A stretch of DNA of 47,607 nt from Macrostomum lignano. Lineage: Eukaryota. Made by a program: the position numbers and the translations under genes. The first letter of the stretch is position 1; each line of letters starts with the position of its first letter. The notes under the pieces are model-generated. The model did not search any database and was not told the origin of the DNA. It saw only the letters and a program-made list of their open reading frames with translations. Positions 25,001 to 36,156 of the stretch are shown here, in pieces. The stretch is from the NCBI GenBank assembly GCA_002269645.1, contig NIVC01000071.1, positions 1 through 47,607 of the forward strand, given 5' to 3'.

Positions 25001-25177
25001 GCGCATGTAGGCGTCGAACTGGCCGGCGCAATGGTCCAGCAGGGCGAGCCGCTGCTCCGCAACGTCGCTGAGTCGGCGCCATCTCTCTGCGGCGGGTCGG
25101 GTCAGCTTGCTCAGCTGAGCAGCGGCCTCGGCTTGCTCCAGATCCGACTTGGCCGATTCTAGAAGCTGCTGAACGTT
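22086..25177 (-). CDS. shot/MACF1/DST-like: Large exon: last plakin-domain spectrin repeat, linker and two plectin-repeat clusters, with one apparent -1 frameshift at ~23465
   Basis: Acceptor ccgtag|AAC, donor CAG|gtatgg. ORFs 23426-25006 and 22011-23429 join as ...VRLIE-AIASGWLDP.... Motifs include FTIAEALNRGLID, VSVFEALERGLIDP and ISLETAEKMGIL. Length 3092 equals 3n-1. Confidence 0.87.
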
Positions 25178-25315
25178 CTACGGTTATGAGGAAAGAAGGA
25201 GACGAATTATAGCCTAGAATTAATAGTGTAGAATTATAGAAATATGGATAGACAGATAGAAGAGAAAGACTCCAACAAAGCTAACCGTCCATACGCCAGA
25301 AGCAGCACTACTTAC

Positions 25316-25726
25316 CTCAGACTCGCCAGGTGCCTCTGCAGTTCGGACTTCTCGAACTGGAAAGACTCGACTCTCAGCCAGCAGCTCCTCCACCCGAGTC
25401 AGGCTCGAGGCGACGCTCTCCAGCTGAGCGAAAAAGTCCCTAGCCGCCTGGAGACGTCTGACTTGCTCCTGGGCGACATCCCACACACTGCCTCGCCGTC
25501 TCTCGAGCAGCTGAAAGGAGTCCGGGACAACACCGAGCTCCTGTTGCAGCCTCTGTCTCAGGTAGTTCATCTCCCATTCCAGGCCACTCAGCTTGGACTC
25601 CAGCGAGTCCTGCTCAGTCACGGCCGCCTCTAGCGAAGCGAGATCGTTCGGACCGCCAGCAGAAGTCAGAGCGAGCATCCGTGTCTCAAAATTGGCCAAT
25701 TTAGAGTCCAAAAGTTCTAGCTCCTC
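25316..25726 (-). CDS. shot/MACF1/DST-like: Plakin-domain exon (137 codons)
   Basis: Acceptor cactcgcag|GAG, donor GAG|gtaagt, phase 0/0. EELELLDSKLANFETRMLALTSAGGPNDLASLEAAVTEQ..., spectrin-repeat-like. Confidence 0.85.
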
Positions 25727-25987
25727 CTGCGAGTGTGTACGTAGGCATATAGATACTCTATTTAGAGCTTGGGCTAAGTATTTTAAAAGTTCTTGTGAGT
25801 AACTACGTGTATCACCCAGTCAGTCAGTCTCTCACAATTCATAAAAATATTGTATTTATCCAAATCAGTAACCAGTTAGTGGTCTACATGTAACACAATC
25901 ACTTGACACCTGTCACTAAGGGTGTAAGAATATCTTACGGAGATATAGAACGTTATTTAAATCGGACAGAGTGCAATAGTCGCTCAC

Positions 25988-26275
25988 CTGCAATCGTCCC
26001 GAGTCGGCGAATCTTCCGGCGCCGCGAGCCAACCGGAAGAACGCGTCGTTGCAGGCGTCGAGGTCGGCGTGGAAAGTTTGACTATCAAGCGGAGCGATGC
26101 CGGCAACCTTCATGTCGAGCAGTAGTTTGCCCGCGTCTTGGTTCAGCGAGTCCAGAACTGCCCGCCGGTGCTCCAGCGATAGCGAGGCGAGCTCTTCCTG
26201 GACTGCTGGAGCAGGGTGGTCATGCTCGATCGGACCAGCTGCTCTCGGAGGCGGAGCTCGCGGTGTTGCAGTAGT
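25988..26275 (-). CDS. shot/MACF1/DST-like: Plakin-domain exon after the SH3, with one apparent -1 frameshift at ~26200
   Basis: Acceptor aaccacag|A, donor CAG|gtgagc. The entry frame reads LLQHRELRLREQLVRSSMTTLLQQ and the exit frame reads QEELASLSLEHRRAVLDSLNQDAGKLL...GRLQ. The phases require one additional base. Confidence 0.83.
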
Positions 26276-26485
26276 CTGTGGTTTTTTTCATTGGTTTTAT
26301 ACATGGTATGATTCAGTAGGTTGCTTCCTAGAAAATTCGCTGTGTCCCAACACCATGTGGATCCAAGCTCGACCCTCTGCGGTTCCAACGCCATACTTTA
26401 CCGTAATAAAGTCTCTATTTCATTCTAGTACCAGTTAACTACACTCAACCATGCAAATAAACAGTACGATGAAAAGGAAGCTCAC

Positions 26486-27139
26486 TTTTCCAGATGCTGA
26501 AACTTGAGGCTCAACTTTTTGGCAGCGTCGCAGGCCTCGGGGCACGGGCCGGACAGCCGAACACACAGCGCCGGCAGCCAGACTGGCGGACCCTCGCGTG
26601 GCCTGCCAGACACTTCGGTCCGCTGGAGTCCAGCAGCACCAGCGGCTCGCCCTGGGCCAGGTGCTGGTAACTGCACAGAGTCCGAGCTCCGTCCAAGCCT
26701 GTCATCGATAAATAGCGCTGATTTCGTTTGATCGGCACCGGGGCCAGGTGTGCCGCCTCGCCGTTCAAGTGTTCGAGTTCCGCCGACTTCTGCAACAACT
26801 GGTCGCGGGTGGACCGCAGCGACCTGAGCAGCGCCTGGCCCTCTTCGCTGCCCTGCTCCTCGTACAGCAGAAACTCGGAGCTGAGCTGCCGCTGCGCCTG
26901 CTCTGTCCAATCGTTGAGCTCTTGGGCGATGCGAAGAACTGGCCTGAGCGGACCGCCATCTCCAGGTGATGCTCTAAACAATTGGTAAGGCTTAAAAACC
27001 AAGTCCACTGCTGCTCCATCCTGGCCGCGGTCTCGTGAACCGTGGCCTCAGCCGGGTGACCGCGCCTGCGCATTTCGGCGCCCTGGTTGATGACGGCATT
27101 GAAGCGGTCCTCCCGGCTCTCCAGGCTCTCCATCAGCTT
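26486..27139 (-). CDS. shot/MACF1/DST-like: Plakin-domain exon containing the SH3, with two apparent -1 frameshifts (~26933 and ~26580-26620)
   Basis: Acceptor cccttgcag|AAG, donor AA|gtgagc. Reads KLMESLESRE...MEQQWTWFLSLTNCLEHHL...QFF, then RIAQELNDW...RTLCSYQHLAQGEPLVLLDSS, then WLPALCVRLSGPCPEA. These are recognisable plakin SH3-region motifs spread over three frames. Confidence 0.87.
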
Positions 27140-27234
27140 CTGCAAGGGAAATCGATCATTGAAGTCGGGTGTTATTAGCGATAATGGTTGAATCGTAACA
27201 GGTAGGAAACTCGCCTCGAGTTGCAAGTTTTGGC

Positions 27235-27480
27235 AACAGGTGATCAACCCCATATTAAGCAGGTGATCAACCCTATATTGAACAGGTGATCAACCCTATC
27301 TTGAAACAGGTGATCAACCCTATCTTGAACAGGTGATCAACCCTATCTTGAACAGGTGATCAACCTATCTTGAATAGGTGATCAACCCTATCTTGAACAG
27401 GTGATCAACCCTATCTTGAACAGGTGATCAACCTATCTGAACAGGTGATCAACCCTATTTGAACAGGTGATCACCCTGTC
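27235..27480. repeat. Intronic 23-bp minisatellite (aacaggtgatcaaccctatcttg), ~11 copies, with a degenerate tail to ~27660
   Basis: Directly visible periodicity. Confidence 0.95.
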
Positions 27481-28208
27481 TTTAATAGTATTAACACTGT
27501 CTTTATTAAACGATCAACCTTGTCTTCAAAAGGTGACAACCCTGTCTTTAATAGGATAAACCCTGTATTTAACAAGGAATCAGTCTTGTTTTTAACAGGT
27601 GATCAACCCTGTCTTGAACAGGTGAAAACAGATCGAAAACCTGTCTGTAAAGGTGACAGAAAGGCAAAACTACCATCGTCTCAATAACTTTATTCACATC
27701 AAAGTGCACCGACTACCAGAGAGGGACACGTGTGAGTGAGCAGTACAATAAGAGTACAACACAAAATTCCTGTGGTAATATATGGAATCTAACTTTGAGT
27801 CTAACACCAAAAGCCTGTGAAACAGTGATAAAGTGCACACGAGACAAAATTTAAAGTGATTGTAAGTGAAAAAATCAAGAGTCTAACACAGCTGGATATA
27901 CAGTGTGGAAATACTGCTCTACAACACGACACTGTATTCGAAAAGCACATTTTTAAACATAAACAAACCGGATGTTTTATATAATATAATATACCTGTAA
28001 TCGATTGTAGCAGCTCTAGAATGAAAGATAAAACCATTTAAAAAACAATTGAACTATCTTTTGAAGGGTTTCCGAGTTCTTAATTCCAGATATTTTGTTA
28101 TAATAGAGTTTCCGCATGCAAAGCGAGGCCATGTACTTCATAGCAATCGGAGTTAAAATGCTCATCGATAAAAACCATTTTAATGCTAAAATTTTTCCAA
28201 TTTCCTAC

Positions 28209-29700
28209 CTTAAAGTAGATCTCCACATCGTCGGTGTCCAATCCAGACGAGCCCCAATCGTGTCCAAGGACTTCGGACTCCTTTTCGGCCAGCCAGGCCA
28301 CTTCGGCCTCGGCGCTCTCCATGAAGGCCAGCAGCTCTTCGGTCTCGGCCAGCCTCCGGTTGGCCGCCTGCAACAGCGCCCTGTAGGCCGCGTCCAGCTC
28401 GCCCAGCAGTCGGTCAAAGGTCTCGCGCTCCTCGCCAGCCGACAGGCCGGCCCGAGCGCTTTCGCAGGCGTCAATTTGCGCGCGCTGCTGAATAACCGAA
28501 GCGCTTAGTCGACGAAGCAGCTCGGCGATGTCGTGCACCGCAGCAACGTCCGCGCCAGCTGGTGGCTGCTGCGATCTGCGCAGCTGCTCCTCCCGCTGAC
28601 GAATCCACGCCATGCAGCGGCGGAGGTCCGCGTAGGCCGGCGACGAAGAGAACGCCTGGCTGACGCTCGCCACCTCGTCGTAGAATCCGCTGCCGACTCC
28701 TCCGGCTGAGGTCGAGCCCTGCTGCAGCAGCTGCTCAGCGTGCCGGCGGAACTGCTGGCTGGTGCTGGACCCGGCCCGGCTGGCCCGCTTCGCGGATGCC
28801 GAGTCCACCTGGCGGTTCAGGTCCAAGTAGGACAGGTGCAGGCTGCACAGGCGGTGGTACAGGTGCTCAGCCTGGCTGTACTGCTCTTCGCGCAGCTCCT
28901 GCACCTGGTTGAACAGTTTGTCAACGCGCTGACCGACCTCGGACAGGCCGGAAGTCAAGCCGCGGAGAGCCCTCTCGGCGTCCATCGGATGTGCGTCTGG
29001 CGACAGGCTTTGCAGCTCCGACGCGATCGCCCGGACCTGAGCTTCCGCTTCTGAGGCTTCGTTGCGGACGCTGTCGCCGAGCTTGTAGAGCCGCTCAAGT
29101 TTGGCGATTCGCTGCTGCAGCGCTCGCTCGCGTTCGTTCACCGCCAGGTTGTAGCGCTCCCAGGCGCGCTCCAGCTGGTCCGGGCGAAGCTCCGGCTCGA
29201 TGCGGACGCTGCCGACATTGCCGACGCCTGATAGAAGCTCGTCGTAGCGACGAACGAGGGCGGACTTCTGAGCCATCCGCTGCTCGGCGTCGGCTCTGCG
29301 CTGCGCCTCAAAGCGTTCGGCGATGGCTCGCATCTGCGACAAGCCGCTGGTCAGGTCGCGGCCGACTAAATCGGCAGACGAGATTGACTGGCGCAGCCAG
29401 GTAAGCAGCTCCAGCGCGCTGCGCCGGTACTCCTCCCAGCTGCTATCGCCTATCGATGCGCCGCTTGCAGCGCCGAGCGGCTGTCGCTGCCGCTGCTGAG
29501 GCGTCCTGTGCTCCGCCACTACGTCGTAAATGGAGGACACATAGGTGATGAGGCTGCGCTCGTCCGGCTCTGGCATGTTGACATCCTCCGGGTCGAGCAG
29601 GCTGCTCACGCCCAGGTGCCGCTCGTTGAGCGCGAATGCGAGCCTGAGCCGCTCCTCAGCTGACATGGCTGGGATGCGGCTGGGATCCACCAGGTTCGGC
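28209..29700 (-). CDS. shot/MACF1/DST-like: Exon: C-terminal part of CH2 and first plakin-domain spectrin repeats
   Basis: Acceptor cactcccag|G, donor AAG|gtagga. PNLVDPSRI...RLRLAFALNERHLGVSSLLDPEDVNMPEPDERSLITYVSSIYD is a CH2 signature, followed by WEEYRRSALELLTWLR. Confidence 0.94.
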
Positions 29701-30213
29701 CTGGGAGTGAGAAGTGCAACTGTGGTTGATTCGATGGTAAGCGGATGCTGATGGGGAGCCTAAGTAGCTCAGCTGTAACTCGTCCGACTTTCGCGCTAAT
29801 GAACCTGATTATCTGGGTCACATCAGTTTGGGGTTCGAGCGCGCGAAAATTAGCCTTCCTAGGGCCTTCCCTAATAAGGCGGTGAGTGCGTACATGCCCT
29901 GACAATCTGAGAAAGTCAAGACCCGCTGTACACCCTGTAGGAGCGTGTGCCCGCTTACGTATCGGTGTGCTTGATTACTGACATTCGATGTCCTCTAAAA
30001 TGACTTTTTCCAGGATATTATAATATATTCTACAATTCTACAGATGGAAATAAAAAGATATTATTGTAAAAATAATATTGCGCCAAATGAAAACTAATTG
30101 TAATTATTTTACAGGCACTAGAATTTGTACACACCCAACCTGCACTCAAGCGTTATCGATAATAGAGCTGTACGTAAAGCTCACCTGGTCGTGTAAACCT
30201 ATTCACGACTCAC

Positions 30214-30401
30214 CTGAACCGATGAATCAAGTAGAGAAACGCTCTCCCGTCCGACCAGCAGGCTGAGAAATTGTCCAGCCGCAGGTCGGGGTAGTCGCTC
30301 AGAGACTTGCTGCACCAGTCGAGCAGGTAGTCTCGAACTGCGACGTCGCTTGTGACGGTCGCTGCACCGGCGGCTGCTTGGTCAGGAAGGACCTCGGATA
30401 G
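30214..30401 (-). CDS. shot/MACF1/DST-like: Exon: N-terminal part of CH2
   Basis: Acceptor tcgcgcag|CTA (phase 0), donor AG|gtgagt (phase 2). ...VRDYLLDWCSKSLSDYPDLRLDNFSACWSDGRAFLYLIHRFR. Confidence 0.94.
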
Positions 30402-31157
30402 CTGCGCGAGATTCGATGGAAGAAATAATGATAGTTATGGATAACTCAGTAACTTACTCTTCAACTACATTATCAAGTTATTAATAAAAATATAAGTAGC
30501 ATTTGTAAAAATCTTACAAATCTAAAGCGCTAGGAAAGTGTCTATGGGCCGCTCAGCTTCCTCTCGACTTCATGCTAATAATAAAACACCTTTATTTCAA
30601 GAAAAGAAGGGCTACTGGCCTCTCTTGAAAAATATTTTTGGCTCGCGGCGAATTCTGCAAAACCATTTGTACCTGAGAACAGCTGCGACAACCGCCTCAT
30701 CGCCCCTTCAGAGCTAGCCAGGGGGCACTACTCAACGACCGTCTTTCCTAGCCAGTCTCCCCACAATGTTCTCAAACACTATTCATCTCTCACCAGGCCT
30801 CCATCCATTGTTCGAGACTGGCAGAGCTCTCTCTGGCCCTACCATGCGTCTAGTAGAGAGACGGCTGTACGCAGGAGGCCCGAAGCCCTGCCTTGGCAAA
30901 CATGGCCTTCCAGCTAATTTCATTTCTAACCATTGGAAGAGCGAAAAATTCCTTTTTACCAACTCAGCCAAACTCGGTGTGCACAACAATCTTCTCATAG
31001 TTTTGAGTCGGCTTTCTCTAAATTTCTCACATAGCCCTCTTGACCTGGCTTACTCTATTAGCTTAACTTTGCGATGTTGCTTGTGAGGGCACAGTTGAGT
31101 GTGTAATCTGGCCGAATCAGTTCTAATTGACACTGCATGCAAGCAAATTGCGCACAT

Positions 31158-31505
<348 letters not shown>

Positions 31506-32347
31506 GGATTTCTCCGCTGTGCAGGGAAAAGCTTTGCATTGCAGAGGAAATTACATTTCTAATTCTTATTGACAGCTTCAATGTCGAAGCGCACAGGGGG
31601 AAAATCGATAAAAATATTTTCTCTTCCTAAAACTGTTCTGCTCGGCGACTAATAAAAGCATATGGAGACAATCCAGAGTATGTTAGAACTGGGTGATACA
31701 GAGCCAACCAACACTGTAATTTGCCCTGGGGGAAAAGCCAATTCTCTTCAACCCGATCTAATAAAGCAGTTTCCATATTTCACTGTCTGAGTAAAGGAAG
31801 AAAAGCGTTTTAACTCAAGTCGTCGCACTGTCAGAGAGGGTAGACGGAGGGTTTGAAAAATGAGCAAGCTGTAGAAGTGCTCGGGCACTGCATAGACAAA
31901 CAATACGGCTAGTTGGATTTCGCATGGACCATTTAAGCGTGACTTTGAAGAAAAGCCTTTCTCATACCTGGCAAAGCTGAGAAAGGCCCAGAGGCATTTT
32001 CAGCCTCAGTGGGAAGCAGGTGCACCTTAGTAAAGCATTGTCTTGTGTAAAACAGCACTAAGGCAAGCGGAAAGACAGAAAAGCGTCCACAGACTGGAGA
32101 CCAAAGCATATTTTTTGTTTTTTTAAATATAATCCAGCTCTTTGCCAAACAAAGGGACACAAACCCTAATATTTTAAAAGGCTCTTCTATTTGTATTAAT
32201 TAAGAAGCTGTATGCACAATTTATTTGGTCGAGTAACGGAGTTAATAAATTTGCGCTAAAATGATGGAGTGTACCTTAAAATACTTTCTTGCATGAGAAC
32301 TATCACACTGACCATCATTATGGTCATATACTAGAATCAACGTGGAT

Positions 32348-33392
32348 ATAGGCAAGAATCGATATTAGTCACAGATAAGAATCGAGATTGGTCATAGACA
32401 AGAATCTAGATTGTTTATAGACAAGAATCTAAATTGGTCATAGACAAGAATCTAAATTGGTCATAGACAAGAATTTAGATTGTTCATAGACAAGAATCTA
32501 GATTGGTCATAGATAAGAATCTAGATTGGTCATAGACAAGAATCTAGATTGGTCATAGACAAGAATTTAGATTGTTCATAGACAAGAATCTAGATTGGTC
32601 ATAGACCAGAATCTAGATTGGTCATAGACAAGAATCTAGATTGGTCATAAGGAAGAATCTAGATTGGTCATAGACAAGAATCTAGATAGGTCATAGACAA
32701 GAATCTAGATAGGTCATAAGGAAGAATCTAGATTGGTCATGGAAAAAAATCTAGATAGGTCATAAGGAAGGATCTAGATTGGTCATGGACAAGAATCGAG
32801 ATTTGTAATATACAATAATCTAGATTGGTCATAGGCAAGAATATAAAATGGTCACAAAACCAAGAATCGAGATCAGTCATAAACAAGAATTGAGATAGGT
32901 CATAGACAAGAATCGAGATTGGTCACAGTCAAGAATCGAGATTAGTCATAGACGAGAATCGAGATTGGTCATAGACAAGAATCTAGATTGGTCATAGACA
33001 AGAATCAAGATTGGTCGTAGACAAGAATCAAGATTGGTCATAGACAAGAATCAAGATTGGTCATAGACAAGAATCTAGATTGGTCATAGACAAGGATCTA
33101 AATTGGTCATAGACAATAATCTAAATTGGTCATAGACAAGAATTTAGATAGGTCATAGACAAGAATCTAGATTGGTCATAGACAAGAATCAAGATTGGTC
33201 ATAGACAAGAATCAAGATTGGTCATAGGCAAGAATCAAGATTGGTCATAGACAAGAATCTAGATTGGTCATAGACAAGGATCTAAATTGGTCATAGACAA
33301 TAATCTAAATTGGTCATAGACAAGAATTTAGATAGGTCATAGACAAGAATCTAGATTGGTCATAGACAAGAATCTAGTTTTGTCATAGCCAA
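32348..33392. repeat. Intronic 23-bp minisatellite (agattggtcatagacaagaatct), ~45 copies
   Basis: Directly visible. An 8-unit block is tandemly duplicated (32997-33180 and 33181-33364). Confidence 0.96.
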
Positions 33393-33518
33393 GACCAAGC
33401 ACAATTTAGCTCAAAAAATCATTTTTTTCTAGGTGTCTTTATAACGTATTCTATCAAATTGAACGAAAATTCGGGTAAAGTCTTACGTATTGGGTGAATG
33501 AAACGAGCAAGCACTTAC

Positions 33519-33758
33519 AGGTCGGTTATGCGAGAAACAATTAAACGGCCGCCAGCCGTGATGCTGGTGATGAGGCTTTGCCTCTCCGTTATCCTTTTTC
33601 TGCTTTTGAGTTTTCTGCTGTTTCTGCTTCTTATTGCTAGAAAACAATTTCTCAAAGCGCTTCATAGCGAAGGTGAAAAAAGCTACAGCAAGCCCTGCAG
33701 CCGTTAGCGCCCATACTAAATCGCCTGTGCTGCCAAGCCACAGGCTGCTCTTTCGCAT
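33519..33758 (-). CDS. Candidate alternative first coding exon for a CH1-less isoform with an N-terminal hydrophobic segment
   Basis: ATG at 33758 (second ATG at 33665) is open to a strong donor CCT|gtaagt in phase 0, matching the CH2 acceptor at 30401. It lies between the CH1 and CH2 exons. Confidence 0.55.
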
Positions 33759-34550
33759 TTAAATTCAACGAGTGAAAAAAAGTTTCTTAAACTGGGCGTC
33801 AGAATGTGTTTTTTGCCTTCTGACTCGTTGCACTGCAGCTATCTCGGACTAAAGAGAAACAGAGATAGAGCAGTTGGATTCTTAGTGGCTTAAGGGGGGG
33901 GGGGTCCTGAACTGCGCAAGGCCTTGCCGTGTCCTCTGCTCGATGCGGGCAAAAATATTGAATAGAGAAGATCCAGCTGAGCTAAGATAAGTGAGAGATT
34001 GATAATAACTGCATTTCCACCCACCGCACTGACCGCCAAAAAAGTCAAATTGACTCATTTAGGCGAACTGACTTGTTGACGCCACCCCCCACAAACAGGC
34101 CCAATTAGCGGCCCTATCTAAGAATAGCGTGTGCAGATCATGCGCAGATCAAATACAGACAGACTGATGTACCGCAGTAATGTACATTACAAGGGTTGGA
34201 CAATGGTTACTGATTTTAAGCTGACTGGCTTTCAATATTCCTTCTATTTTTATTTTTATTAGTTGCATCAAGTACAGAGTGTTATCTATTTATTGTGGTC
34301 AGTCTGAAGTTTAATAATGAATGTACATGTCCCTCTATCGCATGCCGCGATCATAAATTATTTAAAGTTTAATCTTAGGCGCCTAGCTTATCAGGGCGTG
34401 AGCAATAAAATACTTGTCTGCAATTAAAAAAGTACTTTTATACCTTTAATTTAAACCCCTCTAAATTTTGAATTCCAGACTACAATGGCTCATTTTTTAA
34501 ATTCGTTTGTCAAACTGCAAAGTGATTTGATCAATCATTCACCCTGCGGA

Positions 34551-35043
34551 GCGCCAGCACCAGGGGCGCCAGCACCAGGGGCGCCAGCACCAGGGGCGCC
34601 AGCACCAGGGGCGCCAGCACCAGGGGCGCCAGCACCAGGGGCGCCAGCACCAGGGGCGCCAGCACCAGGGGCGCCAGCACCAGGGGCGCCAGCACCAGGG
34701 GCGCCAGCACCAGGGGCGCCAGCACCAGGGGCGCCAGCACCAGGGGCGCCAGCACCAGGGGCGCCAGCACCAGGGGCGCCAGCACCAGGGGCGCCAGCAC
34801 CAGGGGCGCCAGCACCAGGGGCGCCAGCACCAGGGGCGCCAGCACCAGGGGCGCCAGCACCAGGGGCGCCAGCACCAGGGGCGCCAGCACCAGGGGCGCC
34901 AGCACCAGGGGCGCCAGCACCAGGGGCGCCAGCACCAGGGGCGCCAGCACCAGGGGCGCCAGCACCAGGGGCGCCAGCACCAGGGGCGCCAGCACCAGGG
35001 GCGCCAGCACCAGGGGCGCCAGCACCAGGGGCGCCAGCACCAG
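34551..35043. repeat. Perfect 15-bp GC-rich tandem array (caggggcgccagcac), 32 full copies plus partials
   Basis: Directly visible, with no variant unit seen. Confidence 0.98.
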
Positions 35044-35194
35044 CTACTAACTGGAAGGCTATTACTTTACCAGCTGATTAAAGGCAACACCGCAGCAGTC
35101 CTTGACCCCCTAGCTACGCCACTGTGTCATGCCATCACCAACCGGCCGATGAATTAACGTGGCGCATGCATTTCACAAAACACACTTCTCTCAC

Positions 35195-35287
35195 CTGATA
35201 GTGCAGAATAATAACCCAGAGCAGACCCAGCGTCAGTTTAGGATTTCCGTCCACTATATCTTCTGGGCGAATGTTTACTAAGCGAAT
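35195..35287 (-). CDS. shot/MACF1/DST-like: CH1 exon 4
   Basis: cag|ATT...CAG|gtgaga, 93 nt. [31 protein letters not shown]. Confidence 0.96.
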
Positions 35288-35397
35288 CTGGAATTTTTTA
35301 GAATAATTTTGTCTAGAAGTGCTTATACTACTTCTACTTAGGAACTAAGTAGCAAGTAGAGACTATTTATAAAAACTCGGTCGCGGTAGTCACTTAC

Positions 35398-35478
35398 ACC
35401 ACGGCGTGAGGTGAGAAAATTCAATGCAGTTTCCACATTTTGCAAATAATGAAATCGCATGCAGCCTCGTTCGCGCGG
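35398..35478 (-). CDS. shot/MACF1/DST-like: CH1 exon 3
   Basis: cgcag|CCG...GGT|gtaagt, 81 nt. PRERGCMRFHYLQNVETALNFLTSRRG. Confidence 0.95.
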
Positions 35479-35566
35479 CTGCGGGCGTAGACAATGATCG
35501 GCCATTATTTGTTTATGAAGTACAAGCTGCACTTTAACTAGAATCGCAAAAGTTGCAAATTCTTAC

Positions 35567-35656
35567 CAGTGACTGTTTCGACAAAATCTCTAGCAAAGTT
35601 ATGAGCGCTGTGCCGCTACGCAGGTCGTTGAACAGGTCGCGAATTTTGCAGGCTTT
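35567..35656 (-). CDS. shot/MACF1/DST-like: CH1 exon 2
   Basis: ttgcag|AAA...CTG|gtaaga, 90 nt. KACKIRDLFNDLRSGTALITLLEILSKQSL. Confidence 0.95.
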
Positions 35657-35738
35657 CTGCAATAATTGTTGAAATTTATTAGCAAAACTGTTTTGTTAAA
35701 ATTTCACAAAGGCAATCACAATGTTTCAACTGACGCAC

Positions 35739-35800
35739 CTTAATAAGCTGATTGTTGACCCATTTAGTAAATGTCTTCTTCTGTGTGCCATCTCGGACAT
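35739..35800 (-). CDS. shot/MACF1/DST-like: CH1 exon 1 (common acceptor for phase-1 first exons)
   Basis: cattcag|AT...AAG|gtgcgt, 62 nt. (D)VRDGTQKKTFTKWVNNQLIK matches the family DERDxVQKKTFTKWVN motif. Confidence 0.96.
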
Positions 35801-36156
35801 CTGAATGGTAAAATAATGTTAGTAACAAATCCAAGAATATCCATTGCGAATGGCTGATGATAGAATAGATTGACCTGGTGCGAATGGTCTTAACAATTGT
35901 GCAAACTAATCTTTATGAACCACACCGTGACATTGCAGGGTTTGCCTCTTGTCAAAAAGTAAGAGGAAGTTTTATTAAGAACCAATCACCACAGAGTCTG
36001 TGTTTATCGAGTTGAATAGTTCGTTGTTGTATCGGGGACACAAGGAAGTCTTACCAACATGCTCTTCCGTTTCTAAATGCGCATAATTATTATTTGTTAG
36101 ACATTGTGAAGCCAGATTGCGGCCGCCTCTCAAGCGATGGTCGCAATTTCACCAAT

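Noticed and set aside
19158-26933. Programmed ribosomal frameshifting as the cause of the frame breaks
   Set aside because: No X XXY YYZ slippery heptamers at the sites. Five or more serial recoding events would leave little full-length protein. Homopolymer error is simpler.
34485-35081. (PGAPA)n 198-aa ORF resembling elastin-like or circumsporozoite-like repeats
   Set aside because: A perfect 15-bp array with no synonymous variation, antisense within an intron, and with non-descript flanks.
36055-36150. Phase-1 donor (GTT G|gtaaga at 36055) with an open frame ...YAHLETEEHV-D
   Set aside because: No in-frame ATG or compatible acceptor upstream before a stop.
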